DNA of 64,000 nucleotides, taken from positions 1 through 64,000 of the forward strand of contig JBEKVV010000006.1 of assembly GCA_049513715.1 (NCBI GenBank). Direction: 5' to 3'. Under the pieces are notes generated by a model. It saw only the letters and a list, made by a program, of their open reading frames with translations, did no database searches and was not told the DNA's origin. Shown piece after piece: positions 29,778-40,403 of this stretch; position 1 is the stretch's first letter, and the number at the start of each line of letters is the position of its first letter. A program made the translations under genes and the position numbers. Origin of the DNA: Candidatus Bathyarchaeia archaeon. GTDB lineage: Archaea; Thermoproteota; Bathyarchaeia; 40CM-2-53-6.

Positions 29778-30227
29778 ATGGTTCTCTGCATAGTGGCGCT
29801 CGTAGTTTTCTCGGTTATGAGCACCTGGTCAGCGAAATACAGGCGTTGGGCACGGGAGGCCCTAAGGTGCGTCATCAAGAACCTGACCTTAAGCCCCTGC
29901 GATGTGGGCTTGGAGCAGAGAATTAAGGGCAAAGTCACGGCTAAGCTGTTAGTTGTCCCCGCTCTTGCGCGGTTTTTTTACAGGAATTTCGGAATCATAT
30001 CGTGGGCATTCACAATCAGCTTCTTCGCTTCCCTCATCTACTCTCTCTATTCGTTCTACAACTTTTTCGTGTACGGTTCATGTGAGCCGGGTGGAGTTTG
30101 CTACCTTACCCCCTTCATTGGGTGGTGTATATTGCTTGTAGAGAAGATGCTTGTCTACATCGTACTGGCAGTCTTGGTGATTATCGCGGCCTACTTCATC
30201 ATAAAGCGCCTTCGCCACAAGAAATAG
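29778..30227 (+). CDS. Hypothetical Cys-containing membrane protein
   Basis: Three hydrophobic segments, LSPCD, GSCEPGGVC. Confidence 0.7.
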   Translation: MVLCIVALVVFSVMSTWSAKYRRWAREALRCVIKNLTLSPCDVGLEQRIKGKVTAKLLVVPALARFFYRNFGIISWAFTISFFASLIYSLYSFYNFFVYGSCEPGGVCYLTPFIGWCILLVEKMLVYIVLAVLVIIAAYFIIKRLRHKK

Positions 30228-30394
30228 CACCTGAAATCCTTGGACTTGGAGCGTGTAACCCGGTCACAAAAGACAAGGTGTCCAATGAACCCTAGGCCTT
30301 CAGTTCGGGAACGTGGATGTGCGTTTTTGGCTCGTAAAACGAGCCGGAAGCTGAAAGTTGGCGTGTTTTTGCTCAGGGGCACAGGTAGGGATAA

Positions 30395-31051
30395 ATGATG
30401 ACCGCTGCCATCAGTTGGCGGCGCAGTCCAGCCATGAGTAAACGTGTCAAGGTGCTAGGTAAGTTCGTGGAGGTCTCAAAGGATGCCATCAAACGAGATG
30501 GGAAACTCTTTGTGTTCTTCATGGGGGCTGAATACTGTCCCTACTGCGCCGCCGAACGATGGGCTATTGTAAGAGCGCTCCAGAAGTTTGGCCAATGGAG
30601 TGGTCTGAACCAGACAATGAGTGCGGCACGGGATGAGCAGTTCCTTAACTTGCCCACGTACGACTTCACTGAGGCAACATACACCAGTACTCACATTGAG
30701 TTCGTCTCCCGCGAGACGAAGGACCGTGAGTTCAAACCGCTTCAGAAATTATTGAAGACCGAAGAGAAACTCCTCCACAAGTACAACCCCAAGAAGGAAA
30801 TACCGTTCATTCTAATAGGGGGAAGGTTCATGCAGATTGGATCCGGGTTCACGCCCAAGATTTTCATAGGGCACACCTTCAGGCAGACAGAGACTGAACT
30901 CAAGAAATCCGAATCTGAAATCAGGAAGACAATTGACGAGGAGGCCAGCTGCATAGCCGCTCTCCTATGCGTTTCAGGGTTGCCGCCAGAACTCTGCAAA
31001 GAAACTGGTTTAGCGGAACTGGTGGCACAGGCGAATTCCAAACTTGAATAA
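30395..31051 (+). CDS. DUF929-like thioredoxin-fold protein
   Basis: GAEYCPYCAAERW motif. Confidence 0.8.
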   Translation: MMTAAISWRRSPAMSKRVKVLGKFVEVSKDAIKRDGKLFVFFMGAEYCPYCAAERWAIVRALQKFGQWSGLNQTMSAARDEQFLNLPTYDFTEATYTSTHIEFVSRETKDREFKPLQKLLKTEEKLLHKYNPKKEIPFILIGGRFMQIGSGFTPKIFIGHTFRQTETELKKSESEIRKTIDEEASCIAALLCVSGLPPELCKETGLAELVAQANSKLE

Positions 31052-31087
31052 GATACCCACGAAGAACGTCTAGAATCCTAAAGAGTC

Positions 31088-32299
31088 TCACTTGGCTTCG
31101 GGGCTTGCGGCGATCTGCAGAAGTTCGTTTTTGCGATGCTCGAGGAATGCTTCCCGCAACCCACGCCTCAGGTAGTATGCGTTGCGTTCTCGTTTCTTCT
31201 TGTTAGAGAGTTTGACCACGAATGAAATGCCCGGTTTCACTGTTTCGATTGGTACGGCCTCAATTAGGTTGGATCTGACTGCACTGTCAAACAGTTTCTG
31301 CCCAAGTTCTGAACGCACAATTGCTGTGGTCCAGCCATCTTGAGAGCCTACGGCACCTACGGAAATGTCGGCGAGTTCAGCCACGTAGTCTATGCAATAT
31401 GAGCATGGATGGCTCATGTAGGATTCGAGCTCCTTGATGTCGACATCCAGTGCTTTGTCTGCGCCCACGTAGACTTTGAAGCGGTTGCGCTTGACCACAG
31501 TTCTCGTTATCTTGGCTGGGTCGATGCCATGTTTGTTCTGGATGAACTCTGTTACTAGTTTATCGTGCGTGTACACCTTCGAACAGAATAAGCCAACGGT
31601 GAAAACTGGGCGGCCGCCTCGAATCCAAGAGCCACCAAACTTCACCGTCGCCTGCATTGCTGTGTACATCCGCCAAAGCCCTTGCAACTCACAGGGGAGA
31701 GCAACTAGGCCTACTCGCCCATTGGGGTACGATGCGGCCGTATCTGATAGAACTCCGAGAACACCACCGTGCGTATATTTCGAGCCGGCAGTGCGAACAA
31801 GGTCAGCTGCAGTATCCCCTACAACTGGAACAGTCTTTAGAGCCATTCCGCTGCCCAAAACGAAGACCGAGTTGGATTTCGTAAAGTCCGACGTGGCGAA
31901 GCAATTAATCATGCCAATTTGCAACGCATGCGTCATTAGTGCGATAACAGTTCCACCGTCTTGGCCAGCGTGCCAAATCTCCTCGTCCAAAGCCCTCGCT
32001 GAGTAAATGTTCCTGTAGATACCCAACGACTCCTCCTCGGGTTTCCGGGTTCTTCCGAAGAGGTAGTATTCGATCTCGTCCAGTGGTAATTCAAGCCTCG
32101 GGCAGCTGTAATAACACACCTGGCATGCTGCGCACGGTCCTTTGATGACTGGTTCCTCGTTAGTGTTCACGTTCAGAACATTGATTGGGCAGGAGGCTAC
32201 ACAGGCTCCGCACATCATGCAGTGGTTGGCGCGAACTACCTCGTTGAACAGGTGACCCCAGATTTTTGCATTCTTGGGGGGCGACCAACCATCAACCAT
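31088..32299 (-). CDS. Coenzyme F420 hydrogenase/dehydrogenase beta-subunit family protein with N-terminal ferredoxin domain
   Basis: CMMCGACVASCP, CAACQVCYYSCP, GQDGG, AGSKY, GLFC, ADISVG. Confidence 0.9.
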   Translation of the reverse strand: MVDGWSPPKNAKIWGHLFNEVVRANHCMMCGACVASCPINVLNVNTNEEPVIKGPCAACQVCYYSCPRLELPLDEIEYYLFGRTRKPEEESLGIYRNIYSARALDEEIWHAGQDGGTVIALMTHALQIGMINCFATSDFTKSNSVFVLGSGMALKTVPVVGDTAADLVRTAGSKYTHGGVLGVLSDTAASYPNGRVGLVALPCELQGLWRMYTAMQATVKFGGSWIRGGRPVFTVGLFCSKVYTHDKLVTEFIQNKHGIDPAKITRTVVKRNRFKVYVGADKALDVDIKELESYMSHPCSYCIDYVAELADISVGAVGSQDGWTTAIVRSELGQKLFDSAVRSNLIEAVPIETVKPGISFVVKLSNKKKRERNAYYLRRGLREAFLEHRKNELLQIAASPEAK

Positions 32300-32434
32300 C
32301 TATGTTGCACGCCCTGAAAGGTAGGTTTCCAGAACCACAAACCGTACATATGAATGCTTTGCGCCCATGGCTCCCGTTAACTTGGGCAAGCTTTGGGTTC
32401 TTGGCCTTGGTCTTTCGACTTTTTGATTTCCTGC

Positions 32435-32701
32435 CTACTTCTGCCATAGTATTCGGGGGAGAATATGGATCGCAAGAAATCCCACTGCGACGATGCCCAG
32501 CATGTATCCTGCGATGAGAAGAACTGTGACGAGAACGAATAATGACATACCCGTCAGGACACCGATTTGAGTTGTGGCAATGAAGTAAAAAATCAAGAAT
32601 AATGAGAGCGCAACTGCGCCAAGTAACAGCAGTACTACCGCGAAACTCTTTTCGAGTAAACCTTCAAAACGATGTGTGCTAGCGCTCTTGTCTTCAACAT
32701 C
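32435..32701 (-). CDS. Unannotated two-TM membrane ORF lacking an N-terminal canonical start
   Basis: 88 sense codons DVEDKSASTHRFEGLLEKSFAVVLLLLGAVALSLFLIFYF...HILPRILWQK, in frame after the TAG of the upstream gene. Confidence 0.55.
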   Translation of the reverse strand, partial: DVEDKSASTHRFEGLLEKSFAVVLLLLGAVALSLFLIFYFIATTQIGVLTGMSLFVLVTVLLIAGYMLGIVAVGFLAIHILPRILWQK

Positions 32702-33172
32702 CTACGTTTTCGCGGCGGCGGTTTCTCGGGCCAACTTTTCGCCCGGTGAGCCTTTCCATGCACGCATCGTCTGCCACAGGTTGTATGCGTGCAAGTACAA
32801 GGCAATGACTTGAATCAGAAGCGAGCCGGTGGCTATGTATTTCGTGTCGGGGCTGAATGGTAGAATCCCTGAGAATGACAATGTGAGGCCGATGACTCCG
32901 ATGTTCATCAACCAGAACTGTAGATTCGCCATCTTGAGGCTGTGAAGAAAGCCGTGGGCAAAGGAGGGAACGAATAGGTAGGATAAGCCGAAGACCATCA
33001 TGGCCACGAATCCGTATAGCTGCATGAAGTAGAAGGCCGTCATCTCAAAAGGCAACAAGCGAGAGAAAGAAAGAAGCATCAATGTTCCGCCGGCGACAAG
33101 GTAGAGGAGGCTTGCCTTCACGTAGCGCAGGCTCAGACGCATGACAACTGCAGTCGTGGGACCTTGGGCCAA
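32702..33172 (-). CDS. Four-TM membrane protein resembling small heme-copper-oxidase-subunit-I-like family
   Basis: YVKASLLYL, LYGFVAMMVFGLSYLFVP, QFWLMNIG. Confidence 0.65.
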   Translation of the reverse strand: MAQGPTTAVVMRLSLRYVKASLLYLVAGGTLMLLSFSRLLPFEMTAFYFMQLYGFVAMMVFGLSYLFVPSFAHGFLHSLKMANLQFWLMNIGVIGLTLSFSGILPFSPDTKYIATGSLLIQVIALYLHAYNLWQTMRAWKGSPGEKLARETAAAKT

Positions 33173-33335
33173 TGTGAATCATCTGTTTGGCGGAGCAGCC
33201 TTTCAGATATGTTTGTCTGCTATGTTATGACCTCAAGGCTGTACCGACAAGGCCCAGCTTGAAACATAGACGCCCCCCTCCTTGAGCAGGGAGCTTCTGG
33301 TCGATTGGTCTGATATCGTAGGGGGGGGTCAGGGC

Positions 33336-34769
33336 TCAAAATAGGGCTTGTGTGCGAAGGGCTCTCAGAGATTCCTCCACGGCAATGATTGTCTCATCAA
33401 TTTCATGTTCAGTGTGAACTGCTGAAATGGACAGTCGTTCTAACCCATCTGGATGCATGTACACGCCGTGCTTTAGCATCTCGTTCCTAAAGCGTTTGTA
33501 CTTCTCGCCGTCCGCTTGAATTGCTTGCCTGTACGTTGAGACTTTCTTTAGCCTGGTGAAGTAAATTGATAGCAAAGGACCTACAGCATTGATCACGACA
33601 TTGTAACCAGCTGCGTGGAAGGTTTCCTCTAGTCTCGTCTTGAGTTTTGAACCGAGGTCAGCCATCCGGCGAAAGGCTTCACCATCATTCGCGAGCAGGG
33701 TTTGCAAAGTAGCCTTTGAAGCAGCAAGAGACAGAGGGTGAGCATTGTATGTTCCGCCGAAGCCTATTCTGCCTGGTCCGACTTGGCTCAACAAGTCTCT
33801 CCGTCCGGCGACGGCTGCAATCGGGGCGCCTCCTCCTAGCGCCTTTGCATAGCATGCGAGGTCAGGCTTGACTCCGTAGAATTCCTGTGCGCCTCCTTTC
33901 GCGAGCCTGAAGCCGGTGAGGACCTCGTCGAAGATTAGAAGAGTATCATATTTGATGGTCAGTTCGCGCAATTGTTTGAGGTAGTCAGCATCAGGTGGGA
34001 TCACGCCCTGACTGCACATTACGGGTTCGGTTATTACGGCTGCGATGTCAGTGTTGTTCTTTTTCAGCAAACGTTCAAGGCCTGCTACGTTGTTCCATGG
34101 AGCCACAATGACGGTTTTTGCAATTTCCTCAGGGATACCTGGGAAGTACGGAAGCTTAGCTGGACTGGATTCTAGCCCCGAGACGGGTGACGGGGAGTCT
34201 ACGCTGAACAGGACGTAGTCGTGATGGCCGTGATAATGCCCTTCAAACTTAACCAGCTTGTCCTTACCAGTAACCGCTCTTGCAATGCGCAATGCTTCCA
34301 TTGTTGCCTCTGTTCCAGAATTAGCGAATGTAACCATCTCAGCGCATGGAACTATGGTCGTAATCAACTTCGCAAGCTCAATCTCGCGCTCCGTCGTGGT
34401 TCCGAACATTATTCCTTCTTGCAACTGTTCTTCAATTTCAGCAATAATCCTGGGGTGCCGGTGACCGAGAATCAAAGCCCCATAAGCCATAAGATAATCG
34501 ATGTATCTGTTCCCATCGACATCCCAAACTCTGGCTCCCTTTCCTCTACTGAAGATTATCGGGGACGGATCGTGCATATGAACTCGAACGTTCGAGGACG
34601 CGCCCGAAGGCAGATACTTCTTCGCCTCTTCGTACAGTAGCTCAGATTTTTGCGTTGAAAATGCCTTCTCGCGCACAACGTTTGCGGGGAGAAAAAGTCT
34701 GCGCTCGGTAACAGTCTTCGGCTCTTCCGGACGTACGACGACTTGAGGCACTTCTAACATCTCCTTCAC
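33336..34769 (-). CDS. Class III PLP aminotransferase, GSA-aminomutase-like
   Basis: NSGTEAT, FEGHYHG, FDEVLTGFR, AKALGGG, GTYNAHP. Confidence 0.92.
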   Translation of the reverse strand: MKEMLEVPQVVVRPEEPKTVTERRLFLPANVVREKAFSTQKSELLYEEAKKYLPSGASSNVRVHMHDPSPIIFSRGKGARVWDVDGNRYIDYLMAYGALILGHRHPRIIAEIEEQLQEGIMFGTTTEREIELAKLITTIVPCAEMVTFANSGTEATMEALRIARAVTGKDKLVKFEGHYHGHHDYVLFSVDSPSPVSGLESSPAKLPYFPGIPEEIAKTVIVAPWNNVAGLERLLKKNNTDIAAVITEPVMCSQGVIPPDADYLKQLRELTIKYDTLLIFDEVLTGFRLAKGGAQEFYGVKPDLACYAKALGGGAPIAAVAGRRDLLSQVGPGRIGFGGTYNAHPLSLAASKATLQTLLANDGEAFRRMADLGSKLKTRLEETFHAAGYNVVINAVGPLLSIYFTRLKKVSTYRQAIQADGEKYKRFRNEMLKHGVYMHPDGLERLSISAVHTEHEIDETIIAVEESLRALRTQALF

Positions 34770-35192
34770 ACCAAAGACTACCTTATCCTACCATATAGGT
34801 TAGTATTATGGTACGCTCGCTCATTTTTAGCATTTTTTAGCCTCAAAACTGCGTTTTCTGGCTCAAAAGTGTACAGCTAAAGTTGAATCCAAGAGAATTC
34901 ATGATGAAGTTGAATCTTTCGAGTGAAACTTTGACTATACAATTCAGATTGAACTGTTCGTAATTGATGGAAATCAAGTTGAACAAAAGCAGAACAAAGC
35001 ACTGTCCCCTCTGCTACAGTTCGACAGATTCGGGTGAGATCGTTCATCTTGTTTTGAGCGCTCTTCACACTCGTTATCTACCGCGCAGCCCTTCCTGACT
35101 ACGATTGCCCGTTAAAGTTCTCAACAATTGGCGCTCAGGTGGTGTGGGCCTACGTCTAGGTTGAGAAGACAGGGCTCTAGTTTGGTCTTCAA

Positions 35193-36386
35193 ATGAGAAC
35201 TCTCGTTATCGGGGCTGCGGGTCAGATAGGGGCATATACCGTTCAGGATTTGGTTGAGTTCTATAACGCGGACATCATAGCGGCCGACCGAAGGCTAGCG
35301 AACCTGAAGAAAGCCATGGTCGACTTGGAACTCGCTGACAAAATCAAAACTATGGAGCTCGAAGCCGACAACATCGACGCTGTAGCAAAGGCCGTGAAAT
35401 CAGAAGGCATCGAAACAGTCGTAAACTGCGCTTGGTACCAAACAAACCTGTCCGTCATGGAGGCATGTCTACGAGCTGGCGCCCATTACACTGACCTAGG
35501 CGGTCTCTTCGACACAACCCTGAAACAACTTCAGCTTTATGAAAAGTGGAGAAAAGCGGGAATCAATGCCACCATCGGTTTAGGTAGCACGCCTGGGCTT
35601 ACGAATATTGCCTCAGCAGCCGGTGCAGCAAAACTCGAGCGGGTCGACACGATCAACATTTACTGCTCGTGGGGAGACACTCTCCCAGTCAAAGAGGCAG
35701 GATGGCCTAGCTACTCAATACGGACCGTGATGGACGAATTCACCCAAGAACCGGTGATGTGGCTGGACGGGCGGCACGTAAAGCAACCCGTGCTTTCTGG
35801 TGAGACGACGGTCACCATGCAAGAGCCGGTCGGCAAAATCACAGCCTATTACGTGTAACATTCCGAACCTGCAACCTTGGGGAAATATGTCGGTAAGGGC
35901 TGCCGAAACGTAACATTCCGAATAGGGTTCCCAAGCACCGACTTCGCCACCTTCAAGACCCTCAAGAACCTAGGCTTCGCAGAAACCGAAGGAGTCCAAG
36001 TGGGCGGCATTCAGGTTTCGCCCCTCGATTATCTGACGGCGATGTATCAACGAGCCAGCGCAAAATCGAGGCAAGACGCTCCGCGACGCGAAGAATACGA
36101 ATACGACGCGTTCAAGATTGATGTTTTTGGAACTCGCGGAGGTTCTCCTACAACAGTTACGTACCACATAATCACTTGGAACGATCCCCGGAGAGGAATA
36201 CCTTCAGCACGAGACACATCAGTACCACCTGCGGTGGTCACACAATGGCAGGCGACTGGGAAAATCAAGGAATCAGGAGTATTTCCCGCTGAAGCCACAG
36301 TTAACCCTGAACCGTTCTTCATGGAGATGGGAAAGAGGAAAATCAGGGTAGAGGAACACTTCACGGAAACAAAGAAGTTCTACTGA
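35193..36386 (+). pseudogene. Saccharopine dehydrogenase family gene interrupted by one in-frame TAA (35856-35858)
   Basis: Track ORFs 35193..35858 and 35877..36386 share a frame; reads ...KITAYYV*HSEPATLGKY... Confidence 0.85.
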
Positions 36387-36555
36387 GCAGTAGACGCGTG
36401 AACGTACCCTAGATAGCGTCGATATCGGCGATATACCATATATAGACGCCTTGGAAGCGCGGGAGCTTGATAATTAAGTTCTCACGGTTTGTCGACTCGC
36501 CTGAAAACTGTTAAAGGCCAGATACCAACAATCATGCTCAACTGGAAGGCCTCAA

Positions 36556-38424
36556 ATGCGAGTCAAGTTTCGTTTGAGCCGTGCAGCCATCGGAAGAACC
36601 CAAGGCATTGTAATTATCTTGGTGCTGTTGGTTGCTATCGCCGGAGCCGCTTACTTCTATTCCACAAGCAAGATTTCAACAGGAGGGACAACTTCAACCG
36701 GTCAAACCCCCACGTCGCTGGTGGTGGAAGAGGAAAGTCAACCAGATTCAATGGACCCAGCAGTTTCATACACAACGCCTGGCTGGGAAATTGTTGAGCA
36801 AGTCTATCAAGGACTCGTAGCTCCAGATGGCACGAGCTACAACACTTACATCGGGGTTCTCGCGCGAGACTGGACAGTTTCCTCAGACGCAATGACTTAC
36901 ACATTTACATTGAGGTCAGGCGTGACGTTCAGCAATGGGGATCCATTCAACGCGTATGTAATGTGGTTCTCAATTTACAGGGCTCTCTTGATGAATCAAG
37001 AGCCCTCTTGGATTCTCGGTCAAAATTTGGCCCACGGAAACGGTGCAGACTTCAACATAACCGACAATATACTCAACTCCATAGACTACGCGAATCCATC
37101 TTCCCAAGACTTGGCCTATATGACTGCGTCGAATCAATCCGTGCAAGCTAGCGCGCCAAATCAACTGATAATACATCTTGGCTACGGTTACAATGGGATG
37201 GCTCCTTACTCCGCATTTCTAGCCACTCTTAGTACACCCATAGCCATGGCCATTGACCCACAGGTTATGAAGGCAAATGGCGGAGTGCTTGCAGACGAGC
37301 GGAACAATTGGATGGAAACTCACGCAATTGGCACCAGCTTCTTTGAACTGCAATCGTGGATTCAAGGACAGAGCATAACGCTGATTAGAAATCAGAATTA
37401 CTGGGGGGCGAATGTTCCAGTAGCTGAGCGCAACTATGCGATACAACCCGCTATCCTTGACACAGTAAACTTCTACTACAAACCCACGTCCACAATGATT
37501 GCTGATTTGAAGGCTAACACTGCTCAGATCATCCTTCCGCCTTCATCACAGTATGGCGCTCTGAAACAAACACAAGGTGTTAGCGTGTCAATTCTGCCGA
37601 CGGCATTCGGGTCATCACAGAGCATCGTCTTCGTATACATGGACCCCTATGCCTTTCCGCCTTTTCAAGACCGCCGGGTCAGACAAGCAATTTCCTACGC
37701 GATTGACTACAAATCCATAATTCACACAGTCTTCAATGACTTGGCAACTCAATGGATAGGCCCTGTTCCACCAGGCTTCCCTTACTACAATGAATCGATA
37801 CAGGGGCTGCAACCCTACCAGTTTGATCCCGTCAAAGCTGCCACCTTACTCTCTGAAGCCGGTTACAAATCCACTCTTCCAGATGGCACTGTGATGAATG
37901 CAGCCGGCAAAGTTTTCCCATCGGTTAACTTCCTCTACGACGCAGATTCATCCACTCAATCACAGGTTGCTGAAATCATATCAACTGAACTGCATTCGAT
38001 CGGCGTCAACATTGCGCTTACGCCTCTCACATTCAAGCAGTATGCAAACGTTGTAAGCTCCTCTAGCGACGTGAACAGCACCACCTACCCATTTGGCATA
38101 AGTTACTATAGTGAAGACTACACCGCGAGCATAGATTACGTTTCGGCTGAAACCCAGACAGGACAGATAGGATTCTCAGCGTTTTACAACCAGACTGTCT
38201 ACGACTGGACGACTGCAGCGGCCACGGCTCTCGACGAGAACACTATAATCGAAAACTTCCGCCTGATCACTGGAGCCATGTATTACGACTACACCGACAT
38301 ATGGCTGTACGTGCCTTACTTCATAGCAGCGAACAGAAGCAACGTAGTCGGCATGGTCCCCAATCCTGCAGGTTCTGGTATGGGGTACTTCATGTTCTAC
38401 AACACCATACACTACACCTCGTAG
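36556..38424 (+). CDS. Peptide/nickel ABC transporter substrate-binding protein (family 5)
   Basis: N-terminal TM anchor, SMDPA, YTFTLRSGVTFSNG, RVRQAISYAID. Confidence 0.92.
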   Translation: MRVKFRLSRAAIGRTQGIVIILVLLVAIAGAAYFYSTSKISTGGTTSTGQTPTSLVVEEESQPDSMDPAVSYTTPGWEIVEQVYQGLVAPDGTSYNTYIGVLARDWTVSSDAMTYTFTLRSGVTFSNGDPFNAYVMWFSIYRALLMNQEPSWILGQNLAHGNGADFNITDNILNSIDYANPSSQDLAYMTASNQSVQASAPNQLIIHLGYGYNGMAPYSAFLATLSTPIAMAIDPQVMKANGGVLADERNNWMETHAIGTSFFELQSWIQGQSITLIRNQNYWGANVPVAERNYAIQPAILDTVNFYYKPTSTMIADLKANTAQIILPPSSQYGALKQTQGVSVSILPTAFGSSQSIVFVYMDPYAFPPFQDRRVRQAISYAIDYKSIIHTVFNDLATQWIGPVPPGFPYYNESIQGLQPYQFDPVKAATLLSEAGYKSTLPDGTVMNAAGKVFPSVNFLYDADSSTQSQVAEIISTELHSIGVNIALTPLTFKQYANVVSSSSDVNSTTYPFGISYYSEDYTASIDYVSAETQTGQIGFSAFYNQTVYDWTTAAATALDENTIIENFRLITGAMYYDYTDIWLYVPYFIAANRSNVVGMVPNPAGSGMGYFMFYNTIHYTS

Positions 38425-38434
38425 ATGAGAGCTC

Positions 38435-39481
38435 CTGGTTTACCTCAAGGACTTTCTATCACTTCTTGCAAAACGAATAGTGGGATCAATAGGAGTTTCG
38501 CTCGGAACAATTACAATAATTTTCTTCATCTCACACGTGCTCAGCCCAAACCCAGCTCGCCTTTGGGCTGGACCTAGGGCAAAGGCTTCAACCGTCATTG
38601 CCGTTGCAGCGAGGTACCACTTGAACGACCCGCTCTATACTCAATTCTACTATTTCTTGCGTGATCTCCTGACCGGGAATTTCGGAATCGATCCATTAAG
38701 TGGCCAGCCGATTCTGTCTGAGATAGTCTTCTACCTTCCAAACACACTTGAGCTGGTACTGGTTTCGTTCGTGATCCTGATAATCGTTGGAATTGGTTTG
38801 GGATACCTGTCTGGGATGCGCTTTAGCACTACTGCCGATTCCATAATCAGAGTCATTTATCTGACGTCGTGGTCGACTCCAATGTATTTCGCGGCAATTC
38901 TTGCAATCTTGGTTTTCGCAACTTACATTCCCCTCTTTCCGTCTGGTGGGATGTATTCGCTGTCTCTCACACCAGTCCACCCTATAACCGGGATCTATAT
39001 CGTAGATTCTCTTCTACAACTAAATATGCCTGCTCTGTTATCTGGCCTTCAGCATCTCGTGCTGCCGGCTGCGGTGCTTGCTTTTGTGAACTTCGGTTTG
39101 ATATCGAGAGCAGTGCGATCTTCTATACTGAATGTGAGATGGTCAACGCATGTGAAAACTGCACGAGCAAAAGGGTTGAGTGAAGCCGAAGTTAAGCGAA
39201 AACACATTCTCAGGAATGCATTGATTGACGCCACAAGTCTAAGCGCCGTTTTGTTTGGGTGGCTCTTGACGGGAACCGTTGTTGTAGAGGAGCTGTTCGC
39301 ATGGCCCGGATTGGGGCAGTTTGCCTACCAAGCTATTTACGCCAACGATTACCCGGTTCTAATCCCGATAGTTGTGGTATTTACACTCGGAGTGATCGTG
39401 GCCAATTTTGCCGCGGATGTACTCTACTCACTGCTCGATCCAAGGATAGCAATGGGTGCTCAAAGTGGCGCAGTCGCTTAA
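38435..39481 (+). CDS. dppB: Peptide ABC permease DppB/OppB-like
   Basis: TARAKGL..H.LRNA, VVEELFAWPGLG; frame extends to CTG at 38435 (LVYLKDFLSLLAKRIV). Confidence 0.9.
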   Translation: MVYLKDFLSLLAKRIVGSIGVSLGTITIIFFISHVLSPNPARLWAGPRAKASTVIAVAARYHLNDPLYTQFYYFLRDLLTGNFGIDPLSGQPILSEIVFYLPNTLELVLVSFVILIIVGIGLGYLSGMRFSTTADSIIRVIYLTSWSTPMYFAAILAILVFATYIPLFPSGGMYSLSLTPVHPITGIYIVDSLLQLNMPALLSGLQHLVLPAAVLAFVNFGLISRAVRSSILNVRWSTHVKTARAKGLSEAEVKRKHILRNALIDATSLSAVLFGWLLTGTVVVEELFAWPGLGQFAYQAIYANDYPVLIPIVVVFTLGVIVANFAADVLYSLLDPRIAMGAQSGAVA

Positions 39482-40403
39482 GTTCAGGCAATTAATTCTT
39501 TCGAACAGTCTATCAACGCTAGGTCTGGTCATCGTAATCATATCGGTCACATTTGCCGTGCTATTCAGTGTTTTTGGTAGAGGAATCACACCTTACGACC
39601 CGTATGCCCTCAACCTCCAACAATCCAATCTACCCCCAAACGCGTCCCATTTCTTTGGCACGGACTTTCAAGGTAGAGACATATTTTCCAGAGTAATCGC
39701 AGCCCTGCCGGTCGACCTCGGCATACCGATTGCAATCGTCCTACTCTCGTCCGTGTTGGGCATATTTCTCGGGATGGCCGCTGGTTACTTAGGAGGCGCA
39801 GTCGACGAGGTCATCATGAGAGTTACGGACCTGTTCATGGCTTTTCCAACCATAATAATGGTACTGGCTGTCGCGGCGACACTTGGTTCGGGCCTCGTGA
39901 ATGCCACGCTGTCATTCGTGTTCGTTTGGTGGCCCCCCTACGTCAGATTAGTTAGAGGTGGCGTGCTCGAGGTAGCTGCCGAAGATTACATCGCCATCTC
40001 GAAAGCATTGAATTCATCTTTTCCCTACATAATGGTGAAAGGCATTCTTCCAAACATCCTGCCGGCAGTCCTGACCTACGCAACTCTTGATGTCGGAACC
40101 GCACTTCTTGAAGTCTCTATCCTTGGCTTCCTCGGTGTTGGAATTCCGCCCGGGACTCCTGAGCTCGGTGTGATGGTGGGGTCAATCAGCTACAATTTGT
40201 ATAGTTACCCATGGGAGGCTATATTTCCAGCCTTGGTGACAATGGTTCTTGCAGTTGGTTTCAGTTTCATGGGAGAGGGCGCAAGAGAAGCTTCTGACGT
40301 GAAGGTTAGGCCCTACATTCTCTTTAGAGGTAAAGCGTTCAAACAGAAGGCGAAAGCACCCCAAAAAGAGCCGATATCAGTTACCCAGCCGGGTGCGACC
40401 TGA
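39456..40403 (+). CDS. dppC: Peptide ABC permease DppC/OppC-like
   Basis: HFFGTDFQGRD, LGFLGVG..P.TPELG. Confidence 0.9.
   Translation: MLKVAQSLKFRQLILSNSLSTLGLVIVIISVTFAVLFSVFGRGITPYDPYALNLQQSNLPPNASHFFGTDFQGRDIFSRVIAALPVDLGIPIAIVLLSSVLGIFLGMAAGYLGGAVDEVIMRVTDLFMAFPTIIMVLAVAATLGSGLVNATLSFVFVWWPPYVRLVRGGVLEVAAEDYIAISKALNSSFPYIMVKGILPNILPAVLTYATLDVGTALLEVSILGFLGVGIPPGTPELGVMVGSISYNLYSYPWEAIFPALVTMVLAVGFSFMGEGAREASDVKVRPYILFRGKAFKQKAKAPQKEPISVTQPGAT

Noticed and set aside
33336..34769. Calling this gene or 49449..50816 hemL
   Set aside because: Two paralogues in a catabolic context with no tetrapyrrole genes nearby; family-level call only.
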